This document shows, piece by piece, positions 22,869 through 35,356 of a stretch of 64,000 nucleotides of DNA (within the stretch, counting starts at the first letter, position 1; every line of letters begins with the position of its first letter). The stretch comes from Amphiscolops sp. MND2022 (taxonomy: Eukaryota). Where the stretch lies: contig OZ076409.1 in assembly GCA_964187785.1 (NCBI GenBank), positions 31,498,001 to 31,562,000 on the forward strand, written 5' to 3'. Under the pieces are notes generated by a model. That model did not search any database. It saw only the letters and a program-made list of their open reading frames with translations, and was not told where the DNA came from. Both the position numbers and the translations under genes were made by a program.

Positions 22869-24654
22869 TAGTGAAACAGATAAAGGACGAGAAACAAAGC
22901 AAAAGGGAGACGGTATGCCTCTTCATCGACTTCGAGAAGGCCTATGACTCGGTATGGAAGAAGGGCTTAGCTGTCAAGTTGTGGGGGAAAAGAGTAACGG
23001 GGAAGTTTATGAACCTCTTGGACAGCTTCATGAACAATAGGGAGATACAGCTGCAAGTAAACGAAATGAAGGGCCCCAACCGAGAAAGTGGGGAATACGG
23101 GCTCCCACAAGGATCAGTGATATCTCCAATTCTCTTCAAGTTCTTCTTACATGATTTTGAGGAAAGTTTTGATGATCGGAATAACATAGCCATATACAAA
23201 TTCGCTGACGACGGAACAGTCAAAGTTTCGGGAAACAAGTTGGGAGAGTCAATGTCAGAAATGAAGATTGTGATGAACGCTATCGATGTATGGACGAAAC
23301 GGTGGAGAATGGTGATAAACTGTCAGAAGGACAAAACAGAACTCATTCATTTTTCACCGGCGGCAAAACAACAACAACAGTTGTATCCAATACCTCTTGG
23401 GAGCAATAGTATACAATTTACCTCAGCAACAAAAGTATTGGGAGTCTGCATCGACAATAAACTATATTTCGAAGATCACAGCTGTAAAATGGCGAAGAAA
23501 ATGTGCAACAGATGGAGGATGATTACCAGATTAACGAACAGGACCAATGGTCCCAATCACCAAGTCATAGTGAAACTCATTACAACTACGTTTCTTCCGA
23601 TTCTTCTCTATGGGGGTATAGTATGGATGACAACCAAGAACATTCGGTCGATAAATGGTATCTGGTACGAAATGTTGAAGCGATCCATTGGGGCAATCTA
23701 CAGTGTAAACCAATCCATTGCAGAGGTTATTACAGGTCTACCACCGCTGTCGATCTGGAGCAAGATGAACTCTATTAAACACTACCTGAAAACATTTCAA
23801 CAGAGCGGGGTTTCCAAAAACGACGTGTACATGGACTACATAACCAAAAAATTGAGTGGCTGCCCAGGATCAACAATCGCAAAAGATTTGAAAGACGTGG
23901 TTCGCTTCCTGGAGTGGAAAAGAACCGAACGCCCGGAGTGTTTTACTGAAATCGAACACAGTCTAATGGAGGAGCAAAAACGTAACCTGAGTCGATTGGT
24001 CTACCTTAGCTCGAACTGTTACTCATACGACAGAAGTCTTATAGCAAAGTACTCTGAAATTCTGTGGCAGGAGTCGATAAACAATACGTTGTCGCTGGAG
24101 GGAAAAGCGAACATCCCAAAGGTGTCGTGCGAGCCCTTACCGATTCCACCGGACTTCTCACGACTAGATGAAGTGCTGTATATGAGTTTATTTTATGAAA
24201 ACAATACAATGTACCATTTTCTTTGGCAACGAAGTCTGGTAGAATCGCCCCTATGCCGATGCATGGAAGATATTCAGACTGTAGAACACATTTTGTGTGA
24301 TTGTCCAATGGTAGAAGATGTGAAGCGTCAACTAGATGAATTCAACTGGAAGAACCTGGGTTACGGGCGTGCAGACATTACAGTAGACCTTTTGAACTGT
24401 TCGAGGAATCCAGAATTAGCAACAATTTGCAAGAAGATTATAAGAAACCCGAAGCTCAAATTATGGCAGCAGAAATAAGAGACAAACAGAAGTAGCTGGT
24501 TATCATAAAGACGAATGGAATTTGCAAAAAGAACAAGCGCTCCGAAGAAAGCGCATCAGAGAAATTATAGAGAGGTCAAAACAAAGCCAGAGTACCTCTA
24601 TGGACACTAAAATGCCCACAGTAGGCAGTAAAAGAAATCATCATCATCATCATC
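22869..24654 (+). mobile_element. 5'-truncated non-LTR retrotransposon (LINE): RT + C-terminal CCHC, (TCA)n tail
   Basis: ORF 22871-24478 has FIDFEKAYDSVW, GLPQGSVISPILF, FADD and CRCMEDIQTVEHILCDC. (TCA)6 tail at ~24638-24655. 10-bp TSD AACCACTTTT at 22859-22868 and 24655-24664. Confidence 0.92.
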
Positions 24655-24664
24655 AACCACTTTT

Positions 24665-25290
24665 CCCCCACTTGAAACATTTAAAAAATCGGATTTTTTC
24701 CAGAAAATGTCGCATAGTGCCAAAAACCCTAAGGAGTCCTCTATGCTCGCAAAACGTTTCATTTCTTGTAAAAATGGAGGGTGGCTTTGTCGAAAACAAA
24801 TTTGAGAAAAGCTGAATAGTACCGAGACAAAACACCGGTCATAATTCGGATATAGCGTGCTGGTCCACTGAGAAAACCTAATTCTGAGACAAAAATTATC
24901 ACTGAAAATTCTCACAATGCCGAAAAATGCGAAAGGGGGACCCTTTGAGCCTTTAGAAAATCCAGTTTGTTGCAAAATATTTAAAAATTTAAAGGGGGAA
25001 TCTTTGGAGACATGAAAAAATTTTCGAAAAAGTTTCACAGTGCCGAAAAAGCTGCAAGGGAGACTCTTTAGTCTCGTCCCGTTTTGCAAATGCAGGAAAA
25101 GTTTCTGGCCGAAGCAGGGACCCTGAACCAATTGGTAGAAGTTGGTAGAAGATTGTAAAATCAAAAGAAGGCTTTTAGAGAATCCAATTTGTTGCAAATT
25201 ATCAAAAAAATTTGAACTTGTGGTTTGACGAAAAAAACTTTTCACTATAATAGTCAGGCACTTTTCTCTTAGGAAAAGCGCCGACTAAAA
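24665..25290. repeat. Non-autonomous interspersed repeat interrupted by the LINE, ending in a hairpin
   Basis: Ends TAGTCAGGCACTTTTCTCTTAGGAAAAGCGCCGACTA; related ends occur at ~3627, ~9730, ~10657 and 27552. Confidence 0.55.
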
Positions 25291-25575
25291 TACTGATAAA
25301 AACATTTTCTTCTTAAAGTGAACAGAAAAATGATTATCGATATATTAACAATTGAATCTCGATCTGGATGAGACGAAGCAAGTCACTAACTTTTGATAAA
25401 GAAATAACCGATTAAACGTTCAAAGCGACATCTTAGAGTCAATTTTTATATCGACAGTGTAAAATAAGAGGAAAGGGCTAGCATAATAATTGAATCTTTT
25501 CAGATCATTTACTGGTTCTACTGCAGCCATACTAAACTATTGTGATAGCAAAATTTACCTTGTAAATCTACCGAA

Positions 25576-26115
25576 ATGCCCTCATCCACCGGACTGAAAG
25601 TGTACGTAACGACCATCTCAGGCAGTCGAGAAATCAAGAAGATGGTGACAAAAATCCAGGACACTCTCAATGGCTGCAAAATAGACTACGAAGAGATAGA
25701 TGTGGCTGCTGACTCCAGTAAACTGGGTGAGATGAGATCGAAGATGAACGACCCCAGAGCTACTGTTCCTCAGATCTTCAAGGATGATGAACACTTAGGA
25801 GTAAGCAAATACTTCCTTTTAAATACATATTTTCAATCCCATTCCTATTCATTGTGAAAATATCTGACGTTCATGGCGGGAAAATCTTGAGCCTGTGCAT
25901 TTATAGAAGTCACCAAAAATCGATGACGCACTTCTGGTTTTGTAGACACTGAAAGTATTTTACGTCAATTGAAAAACTGTGATGCTAATGAAACATGATA
26001 TGCATATCATTTTTGTGATGGTTAAATGATGAAATTATTTCAGGGGTTCGAAGAGTTCGACAATGCTGTAGAAGATAGCAACTTATTTGAATTTTTGAAG
26101 CTACCAAAGGAGTAG
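25576..26115 (+). CDS. SH3BGRL: SH3 domain-binding glutamic acid-rich-like (SH3BGR/SH3BGRL, glutaredoxin-fold) protein, 98 aa, exons 25576-25800 and 26044-26115
   Basis: LKVYVTTISGSREIKK...KIDYEEIDV...EMRSK...ATVPQIFKDDEHLG|GFEEFDNAVEDSNLFEFLKL; gga|gtaagc donor and ttcag| acceptor in phase 0. Confidence 0.92.
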
Positions 26116-27551
26116 ACACGGGATGATTGTGCTTTAAGCTGCGCTCAGCCAATTAACTATTGCTCATCAGATTGCCTCCCCATCATTTGAAACAAAGATA
26201 AACTTTGGTGAAATACTAAGTTGCCTACTGACTTTTGCAAAAGTGCAGACATGGCCTCCCCCACCCCCAACACTCCGAAGTTTTCCCATCTATCTTTATG
26301 AATAATTAATTTGATAATTATCGATCCTCTTGACCGTAATTAAATTATTGTAAATTATGAATGATTTTTGATTTATGATAGTGGAACATGGTATGTCGTC
26401 CTTTTTCTCCTTCGAGTTAGCAAATAGTTCACTGGGTGTGGTAGAAGCGCAGACACTTTTCAGTGAATTTTATCTAAACTTAAATTGGTTTCAGTTTAGA
26501 GGTTCTTTTCAAAAAGATTACTCAATTCATGGCTTTACGTAATCTATTGTATCATTTCGAAAAGTCATCATCATTGAAACGTCAGGCATAGAGGGATACA
26601 TTTCAAATAGTGTCTTTTAGAAATTGTTGTAGGTTTATAATTATAGTTTATCAGAATTGATATCAAGATATTTCGGTTACACTTGGACTTCAAATATTGC
26701 AGTTCTACATGCACCACAGCTAAAAGCATGGTAAAAGTTGACAATTGTTGCTTGTTTAACAAATTTTATTTTCATTATTCTACCTACCTCAACATTTATA
26801 TGCTTCAAATGAGCTAATCAGGTGATCGACTTTTTGGTTTTTCTCAATTCAGACTAATAGAGTTTTCACCCTGTTGTTTTTCATAACCGAAAGTTTCATG
26901 CTAATAATAAATGAGCATTCCACAGTATTTTTTCTGAGTTATAATGCTACGTAAACTTATCTGCGAGTATGCGATACAAAAAAGCACGTTTTTCGTGTCC
27001 GCAGGCAACAATGAACTGAGTGATTTAGGGCTTATCATAAACCTATGTATGCGTTCACCTCAATGTTTTACATGGTTGTATAAAATCGTTTTCAGTCGTT
27101 GCTTTCTTTAGAAAGTGTCGAGTATAATAATGATTTTTCTCTAGACTAAGAAGATTTCATCAAAATTTCTTTGCCTTGGCCGTGGATTTGCGTAGTTTGG
27201 AAGGAGTGTCCCAATTCGATACTGAACGTTTTTGGGGCTCGAGTTTTGCGAGATGCCCATATGGTCAAGGTTTTTCTCGTGAAGTGCCCACTTTTCAACT
27301 TTGTGAGGCAAATTTCTCAAAACAGAAAATAGATATGGAAATCAATCTCCATCAGAAATTACGACAAGGATGTGGTCTAGTGTTTTTACCATCTAAGTTT
27401 CCGTCAGGAAGTATGACACCTTCGGGTTACAGCCGAAAATACATTTTTCTATTTTCTCAAAAACTTTTCGTTTGTCTTTTTAATTCTTGCACCGAAATTC
27501 CCTGATCTAAAACATGATAAGGCCAAGCCTGAGATGCCGTCGCGCCTTATT

Positions 27552-28134
27552 TAGTCGGCGCGTTTTCCTTTTAAGGAAAAATGCCCGACCATAGCAGTGA
27601 CCTTTTTTCCTTCAGACTACAATCCTCACACTGATCGGTCCACTTTTTAGAAACAATCCTGAAACCACCTAAGGCCATGTCCGCCCAGGGCAAAATTAGT
27701 CCAAAGCATCCGCCCTTTCATTTTTTACTTTTAAACATAACCTATAAAACCGGACTGGACTAAAGAGTCCCCCTTTCGATTTTTTGCGGCACTGTGCGAC
27801 TTTTTTCGAAATTTTTTGTCTCCGAAGGGTCCCCCTTTCATTTTTTTTACTTTTTTAACGTAACCTACAAAACCGGCCGAGACGAAAGGGTCCCCCCTTT
27901 CGATTTTTTTCGGCACTGTGCTTTTTTTCGAAATTTTTTTAAATGTCCCCCTTCAGTTATTTTGTAACAATGTATGTTTATAAATCAAAAAGCGTCCCCT
28001 TTTTACATTTTTCGGCACTATGCGCCATTTTTCGAAAGAAAAAAATACAAAAATTTCAAGTTTTTTTGCAAAAAATGTTTTGCGCTTTTTGAGCCTTATA
28101 TATAGCGTCGACTTTAGACGTTCTCGTCTTGTTT
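27552..28134. mobile_element. Non-autonomous element with subterminal inverted repeat and terminal hairpin (DINE-1/Helentron-associated-like)
   Basis: Left TAGTCGGCGC + hairpin; right GCGTCGACT followed by ...GTTCTCGTCTTGTTT; internal tandem sub-repeats ccccctttc...cggcactgtg; T-rich flanks. Confidence 0.5.
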
Positions 28135-29949
28135 GCAGATTTTGTGACAAATGCCTAATTTTCAAACTTGTGAAGCAATTTTTTCAAATCTGAAAGTAGA
28201 TATAGACACCATGTTTTCGCTAAAAATTGCGCAAGATCCTGAGCTACATTTTTGCTGACAAAATTTTCAAAAATATAGACTTTTTTGCAAAAAAACTTTT
28301 GAAAATGCAGTTTTTGAGTGTTTTTTTTTCATTTTTGATCCCCTATATCTCTGAACTGAGACCGAATACAGAGACGGGTTCGTAAACTTTACAAGTTTTT
28401 TATAGCATGCTTATATTTTAGCCTAAACTGACGTCAAAACTTTTTTTGTTTGTTAGCACATTTTCCTCAAAACTGATAAAAGACAGAAACCATCATCCTT
28501 CAAGAAGTACAAGGATATAAACTAGTTTTTGTTCCAACAAAGTTTCGGTCATCAAGTATGGCGCCTTCGTTTTTCTGTCAAAAATACTTGACATATGCTT
28601 CGATTTTTCCTTAGTCCTTTGATACTTGAGGTCCTATATCTCATGCGCGAGACCAAATTCGGAGTTCATGGTTTCGTAAGTTTTACGAGGGTTCAGTAAG
28701 CTACGTTTTAGGCTAAAAGTGACGTCGAAAGGTTTCCGCTCTGGTTGTTTCGGGCAAATAAAAGGCAAGAAAATATCTGATTTTTCTCCAATTTGTAGCT
28801 GACTTCTCAGAACTGAAAAAGACCATGGAAACCATTCTCCCTCGGAAAGTACCACGAAGATGTCTAGTTTTAAGTTGTGGTCTAGTTTCAATTGGGGTAT
28901 CTTCAGTAGCGCTACTGGATTGAACCAAAACGGAAGATCCCATGTCTGCAGGCGTTGCTATTACGGTAGCAGCCCCGTGAGAGTAGCAGAAAAACCGCTG
29001 CCCAAGTAATCTGGAATTAATGGCAGAACTTACCTCAGTTACCAAAAGCTCTAATCTCCGTTCTAAAACCATCAGGTCTGAATTTGTAACGTAACGGCTG
29101 GAAGAGCAGGGAGTTTCTGGGAGTTCAGTGCTGTTGCTTTGACCCATTCGGTTTTGGTTTTCGGGTAGCTCGGACATTCTCAAGAATCGAGAAAAGTGAG
29201 AGGCACATGTCGTTTCTGGAGGATCGTATGTAGTGTTGATGAGGTTTTCATTATTACCCGCAGTCTCACCCCTGTTCAACTGTCAAGTTGACAGTATCTG
29301 GTAGGGGACTCTCAATTTGGACATCTACAGATTCAATAGGAGTTTGTATAACAGGATCATAGTGCGGGACAAGAAAACTGGCTGGATCATCGGGAAAGAA
29401 CACACTAGCAGGATTGGTCATACTCTCGTCAAAATAGTGTTTGATTCCGTCAGGATCAAGAGTTAAATTAATGTCCCCATGAGAGGGATGACCTCGCGCA
29501 GGAGTAGACTGATAAGAAGGTTCTGCGAGGGGCGTTAATAGCGGCAACTGAGTGGTTGAAGGCTGAGCCTGGGTAAAAACGTGAAGATCGACAGCAGCTA
29601 CAACAAAGAAGAAATTACAAATACATGTAACAGAAACCGATCAGAAGCAGTAGTTGTCTAATCAAAATGGTGAGAATCTGGTCATTTCTCAATTTAAAAG
29701 ACTGGAGTCGACTCAAAAAATTTATTCACCAATGGAAATCCGAAAATGGATCTGCGGAGAGTTGATGTGGAAACAAAAATGTTTCACTGCTTTGGCGGGA
29801 AATTCAAAAACAATCATAGTAAAAGCAGATATGAAATTAAAATGAAAAATTTACTTCCCAACAAGAAAGTATGAAAAACTTCGTAAATTATGGACCTTGT
29901 GTTGTCGAGTTCTTCATAGGAATTGTGAAACCTTTTTTCTCAGATCAAA

Positions 29950-30380
29950 AGAAGACTATGAAGCACGAAGAATCGCGCAATCAGAAAAGTTCAAAAAAGG
30001 TGTGGAAAGCAAGCAAGTTTTTCTCAAGAAATGTGGATCAGGAGGATCAAAGATTGAAGCAAGAAATACAATAATGGACTAGAAAACTGTAAAACCAACC
30101 AAAGTTACACTGCGGAAACGAAAGTGTTCTGACGATAAAGAATACTAATTGTTAGAATGGATCAAGAATCGACAAAGGAAAATAAAATTGAAAGACTACT
30201 AACTGTAGACTTGAAGGTAAACTTGTAGAACAACATAGTGCAACAATTGAAGGCTTGGTGATTAACACAAAGGCAATAAAGCTAATGACTGACGTCAAAT
30301 TTGCAGCGTTTGCGGTATATCTTTGTTCTAAATGGTTGGAAAAATGCGCAAAAATGAAGAACACCGGTTGAAACATCATA
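29950..30380 (+). pseudogene. Degenerate pogo/Tigger-type transposase N-terminus (CENP-B-type HTH)
   Basis: Hand translation gives ...DKEY*LLEWIKNRQRK...TIEGLVINTKAIKL...FAA...KWLEK, resembling the Tc5/CENP-B HTH; stops and frameshifts present. Confidence 0.4.
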
Positions 30381-31057
30381 ATACGGTCGGATCAGAGTAT
30401 AGATTCACCCAAATACAAACATAATTAGACTTAACAAAATTGTAGGGAAACCGCATGACATTCCAGCATGTTATGCAGAAATGCCCATAAAAAGCATAAT
30501 GATACAGTACGATTGTGCGGAAAACTTTATAGAACAGCATAGTACTATTTTTCGGAAAGCAATAAAAAACATGATGTTTCAATTATTATTATTTCTGCGA
30601 TAGCAGGAATATTATTGAAACCTCAAGATGTTGAATTTTGGTTCAGTAAAATTCTTGTCGCGATACTGAAAAAATCAGATATTTTGTTCGGCAGTGACTA
30701 AAAGCGTGAGCAATAAATTTCTCAAGCTGCCGCCGACAATTCAATTCTCGTGCGATAGAACGAGCGAGTGGTAATTATGCATTCGTACGCTGACGTCATT
30801 GAAATGAAGCGATTGAGTGTTGATTATTCGTTCGTCGAGAGCTTCGCCTGCATTCAAATGCGTAAAGGAAACTTCGTCTACGCTTAGTAGTTTCACTTTC
30901 TTAGAGCGAAAAGAAAAAAAGGCCGTGTAAAATGGTACAATGATTAATTGTGCACTATTGCACATGACGAAGTCAATGTGCATTGCAGTCCAGCTAAGTA
31001 AGTTTTTTTTCCACTATAGTCAACTTCATAATGAGCGCCTTTTAGATAAAAGCCAAA

Positions 31058-31128
31058 ACCCCAGAGAGATTCGAACCTGCAGCCTCCCGATTGCATGGCA
31101 TGAGTGTTGACCACTGTGCCATAGAGAC
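31058..31128 (-). pseudogene. tRNA-derived (SINE-head-like) sequence
   Basis: Minus strand GTCTCTATGGCACAGTGGTC...GCAGGTTCGAATCTCTC has Pol III A-box and B-box at tRNA spacing; anticodon stem and acceptor stem pair poorly. Confidence 0.55.
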
Positions 31129-31464
31129 GTTATTGAACAAAGTTGAACTGTTGAATATATACGCATGCGGTTAAAATAATATATAGACGCATATTAAAAT
31201 AATCGATGTCTTCGTCATGTGTTGCGAAGCACCGCTTCGCCTCTGTGTATAATGATTAAACAGGAGTGTATTGGTATTCCAGATTTGATTCTATTATTAA
31301 TGAAAGATTAAAGCAGAAAAATAAGGTGCCTCGGAGGGGCCTGCCGCAACCCAGGAGTTGCGTGGGACCCGTGGCGCAGCAATAATTGAAGGCAAACAGA
31401 TTTGCCACCACTACAAAACTATGAAACTCTCACACAGAATTTTTGTTTGTTTTATTTGTTTTTA

Positions 31465-34271
31465 AAAATCAACGGCTTTGCACGCGTGGTACCGCTTTTA
31501 TTGTGTAAAAGCGTTAAAACAATTAGAAAACAAAAAAACGCGTTTTCAGAGCGTAAACGACGCGTTTCAGTGCATCCAACGTTTGTTTAGTTTAAAGACG
31601 GTTTGAATGCAGGGAATTGTTTATTTTCGCGTAAAAGGACCTATTTTTGCTTAGTTCAATGCGTTAGCCCGCGTGGTAGCGCTTTCATTTCCCTAAAGAT
31701 GCTAGATTCCAAAAAACGCATCTTTTTTAGCGCATCAAACATTGTTTTAGCTGAAAGTCGTGTTAAAGCACGGGAATTAGTTTGTTTTTTGCGTTAAATA
31801 ACCTAATTTTGCATAGTGTATTGCGTGTGCACGCGTGGCAGCGCTTTCATTACGTTAAAATTGTTGGTTTGCAAAAAATCGTTTTCAGCGCGAAACAACG
31901 CGGTTTCGCGCACCTAACGTTGTCTTAGCTTAACAACGCGTTTAGGTGCGGAACGTTTTTTGTTTTTGAGCTTATATGGCTAATTTTGCACAGTATACCG
32001 TGTTTCCACGAGAATTAGCGCTATAAATGTGTAGAAACCGTTAGGTTGCAAAAAAACGTGTTCCTACCGCGAATTACCGAGTTTTAGCGCATCTAACATT
32101 GTTTCAGCTCATAAACGAGTTTTAACTCGGTAACTTGTTTGTGTTTGCGATAAAGAACCTAAATCTGCTTAGTTTGACGGGTTTGCACGCGCGGCAGCGC
32201 TTCCATTGCGTTAAAAATGTTAGTTTGCAAAAAACGCGTTTTTGGCGCGAAATACCGCCTTTCACCGCATCTAACGTTGTTTTAGCTGAAAGACGCCTTT
32301 AAATGTGGGGAGACGCTTTTTTGAGTAAAAGAATTTGAGTTTGCAATGTTCAACGTGGCAATGCTTTGATTGCGGGAAAAAACGCGTTTTAGCGCATCTA
32401 ACGCTGTTTTAGGTGAAAAACGCGATTAAATGTTGGAATTGCTTGTTTTCGCGGTAAACATCCTAAATCTGCTTTGTTTGACGCGTTTTCTTGTGTGGCA
32501 GCGTATTCATTGCGTTAAGACCGTTGGTTTGCAAAAAACTCGTTTCAGCGCGAAACAACGCGGCTTCGCGCATCCAACGTTGATTTAGCTGAACAACGCG
32601 TTTAAGTGCAGAATTTTTTTTGCTTTTATATGAACACTGTTGCGAAGTTTAACGTGTTTCCACGAAAATCAGCGCTTTACTTGCGTAGAAACCGTCAGTT
32701 TGCAAAAACTGCGTTTTTAGCGCAAAACAAGGCTGTTTACCGCTTCTAACGTTGTTTTAGCTGAAAGACGCCTCTAATGGTGGGCAGTCGTTTTTTTGAG
32801 TGAAAGAACCTGAGTTTGCAATGTTCACCGTGGCAGTGCTTAGATTGCGTGAAAAAACGCGAAGTAGCGCATCTGCCCACCAACAGCATAGTACTATTTT
32901 TCGGAAAGCAATAAAAAACATGATGTTTCAATTATTATTATTTCTGCGATAGCAGGAATATTATTGAAACCTCAAGATCCCCAACCAACGCTCTTTTAGC
33001 TGGAAAACGCTATTAAAGGCCGGTAATTGCTTGTTTTTGTGGTACACAACCTAAATTTGCTTTGTTTGACGCGTTTGCACTTGTGGCAGCGTATTCATTG
33101 CGTTAAAACCGTTGATTTACAAAAAAAAACGTTTTCATCGCGAAACAGCGCGGCTTCGCGCATCTTACGTTGTTTAAGCTAAATAATGCGTTTAAGTGCG
33201 GCAATTTTCTTGGTTTTATATGAACACTTTTGCATAGTTTAGCGTGTTTCCACGAAAAACAGCGCTTTAATTGCGTGGAAATCGTTAGGTTGCAAAAAGG
33301 CGTTTTTAGCGCGAAATAACGCCTTTCACCGCATCTAAAGTTGATTTAGCTGAAAGACGCCTTTAAATATGGGAGTCTCTTTGGAGTAGTAGAACCTGAG
33401 TTTCCGTTGTTCAATGCGTTTGCACGCGTGGCAGCGCTTTCATTGCGTTAAAAATTTAAGTTTGCAAAAGCACGTTTTTGGCACGAAAATGCCTTTTACC
33501 GCATCTAACGTTGTTTTAGCTGAACAACGCTTTTAAGTGCAGGAAATTTTTGTTTTTATATTTTTGTGGCTAATTTTGCATAGTTTAACGTGTTTCCACG
33601 AGAATCAGTGCTTTAATTGCGTAAAAACCGTTATTTAAAATTACCGAGTTTTAGCGCATCTAACTCTGCTCCAGCTTAGAAACGCATTTAAACTCGGGAA
33701 ATGGTTTGTTTTTGCGGTAAACAACTTAAATCTGCTTTGTTTGACGCGTTTGCACGCGTGACAGCGTATTCATTGCGTTAAAACCGTTGGTTTGCAAAAA
33801 AATGCATTTTCAGCGCGAAACAACGCGCATCTAACGTTGTTTTAGCTAAACAATGCGTTTAAGTGTGGAAAAATTTTGGTTTTTGAGTTTATTTGGCTAA
33901 TTTTGCAAATTATAACGTGTTTCCACGATGATCAGCGCTTTAATTGCATAGATACCGTTAGGTTGCAAAAATTGCGCTTTCAGCGCGAAATAACGCCTTT
34001 TACAGCATCTAATGTTGTTTTAGCAGGAAGACGCCTTTAATTGTGAGAAGTTGCTTTTCTGAGTGAAAGAACCTGAGTTTGCATAATTCAATGCGTTTGC
34101 ACGCGTGGCATCGCTTGCCATTGGAACCATTAGTTTGCAAAAACTCGTTCTCAGTGCGAAACAACGCGTTTTAGCACATCTTACGTCGTTTTAGCTAAAA
34201 AGCGTGTTAAAACACGGGAAATAGTTTGTTTTCGCGTTAAATAACCTAATTTTGCATAGTGTATTGCGTGT
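31465..34271. repeat. CpG-rich satellite array, left part (diverged ~150-180-bp subunits)
   Basis: Recurring gcgtttgcacgcgtggcagcgctttcattgcg...gcgcatctaacgttgttttagctgaaa; same family as 53333-60751. Confidence 0.92.
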
Positions 34272-34546
34272 TGTGCTGCTTTAAAGAGTCTTTTATTTTT
34301 GGTGGTGGTCTTTTCTCTAGGTGTTAGAGAGCTAAGTTTTCAGAAGGATGCTAGCTAGCTGGCTGACCCTATTAAAGCTTGGAGGTCTGAGAAGGGGAAT
34401 GAAAAGGAAGTCGACTAAACTCGGATTATTAGTTTTCTCTCTCTGAAGGAGTAGAGTTTTACAGTCATTCAATGTTAAATAAATGTACATTCTAGAACAT
34501 TCTGTAAACATCTAAATACTATTGGTTATTAATGTAGGTCAGTACA
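34272..34546 (-). repeat. 3' LTR of element 2
   Basis: Matches 53058-53332; preceded on the minus strand by purine-rich AAAACTGGGATGAA. Confidence 0.95.
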
Positions 34547-35356
34547 TTCATCCCAGTTTTATATTAAATTAAAATTCTACATTAAATCAAAGGAATAAAA
34601 CAAAGTGAAATTTTTTGATTAAATGTTTTTAGCGTTTCAGCTAGTTCAAATTTTCATTTGATGGATGATTGGCATAAGTCTCTTTAGGTTAAATTTTTGC
34701 ATCAAGTATGAAAACTGTATGAAAAGATTTCAGGTTGTTTTCAACTTTGGCGGGTTTGTTATTTAACAATTGTTGAAATCTTTGGAAAAGTGTGCTTCTC
34801 ATTATTCGAATTGAATATGAACAGTGTGCATGATCAATTTTTGAGCGGGGTTTGTTGAAATTTTGAAAAGATTTTTGTTAACATATGATTTTGTTTTTTT
34901 TTGTTTTATGGGATAGAATAGCACCGAAAAATGATAAATATTCTTTAAAAAGTGGGCAAGTAATCATCGGTATGGGATAAATATCATTGTAGACCAGGGC
35001 AAATAAATTTGGGGGGGGGGACTTTTTTGTTTTATTTATTATATATATAAACACATTAAAGTAGGAATTATCAGAATTGAATTTTGAAAGTTTCATCAAG
35101 TACAAAGTTTTTTGTCTTGCTTCTTTGTTGCTGTTCGTATTATCTACTTATTGGATCGTATTGGGTGGTTGTTGGAATAACTGGGTCGATGGTGGGATCA
35201 GCTTGGAAGGATCGATGGGAGAATCGTCTATGGCTTCTTCACTATGAGTATGGAGTCGTCTACTGCAACTTCTCAGATGATCAATGTTGAGGAATCCAGA
35301 TGGTCAATGTTGAGGGGTCCAGACAGCTGATGTTGTGCTGTAACAATCGGAATCTG

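Noticed and set aside
24607..25245. 212-aa minus-strand Phe-rich ORF
   Set aside because: Antisense to an A-rich interspersed repeat and the LINE tail; not protein-like.
31058..31128. Functional tRNA-Ala(TGC)
   Set aside because: A and B boxes are present but acceptor and anticodon stems do not pair; kept only as tRNA-derived.
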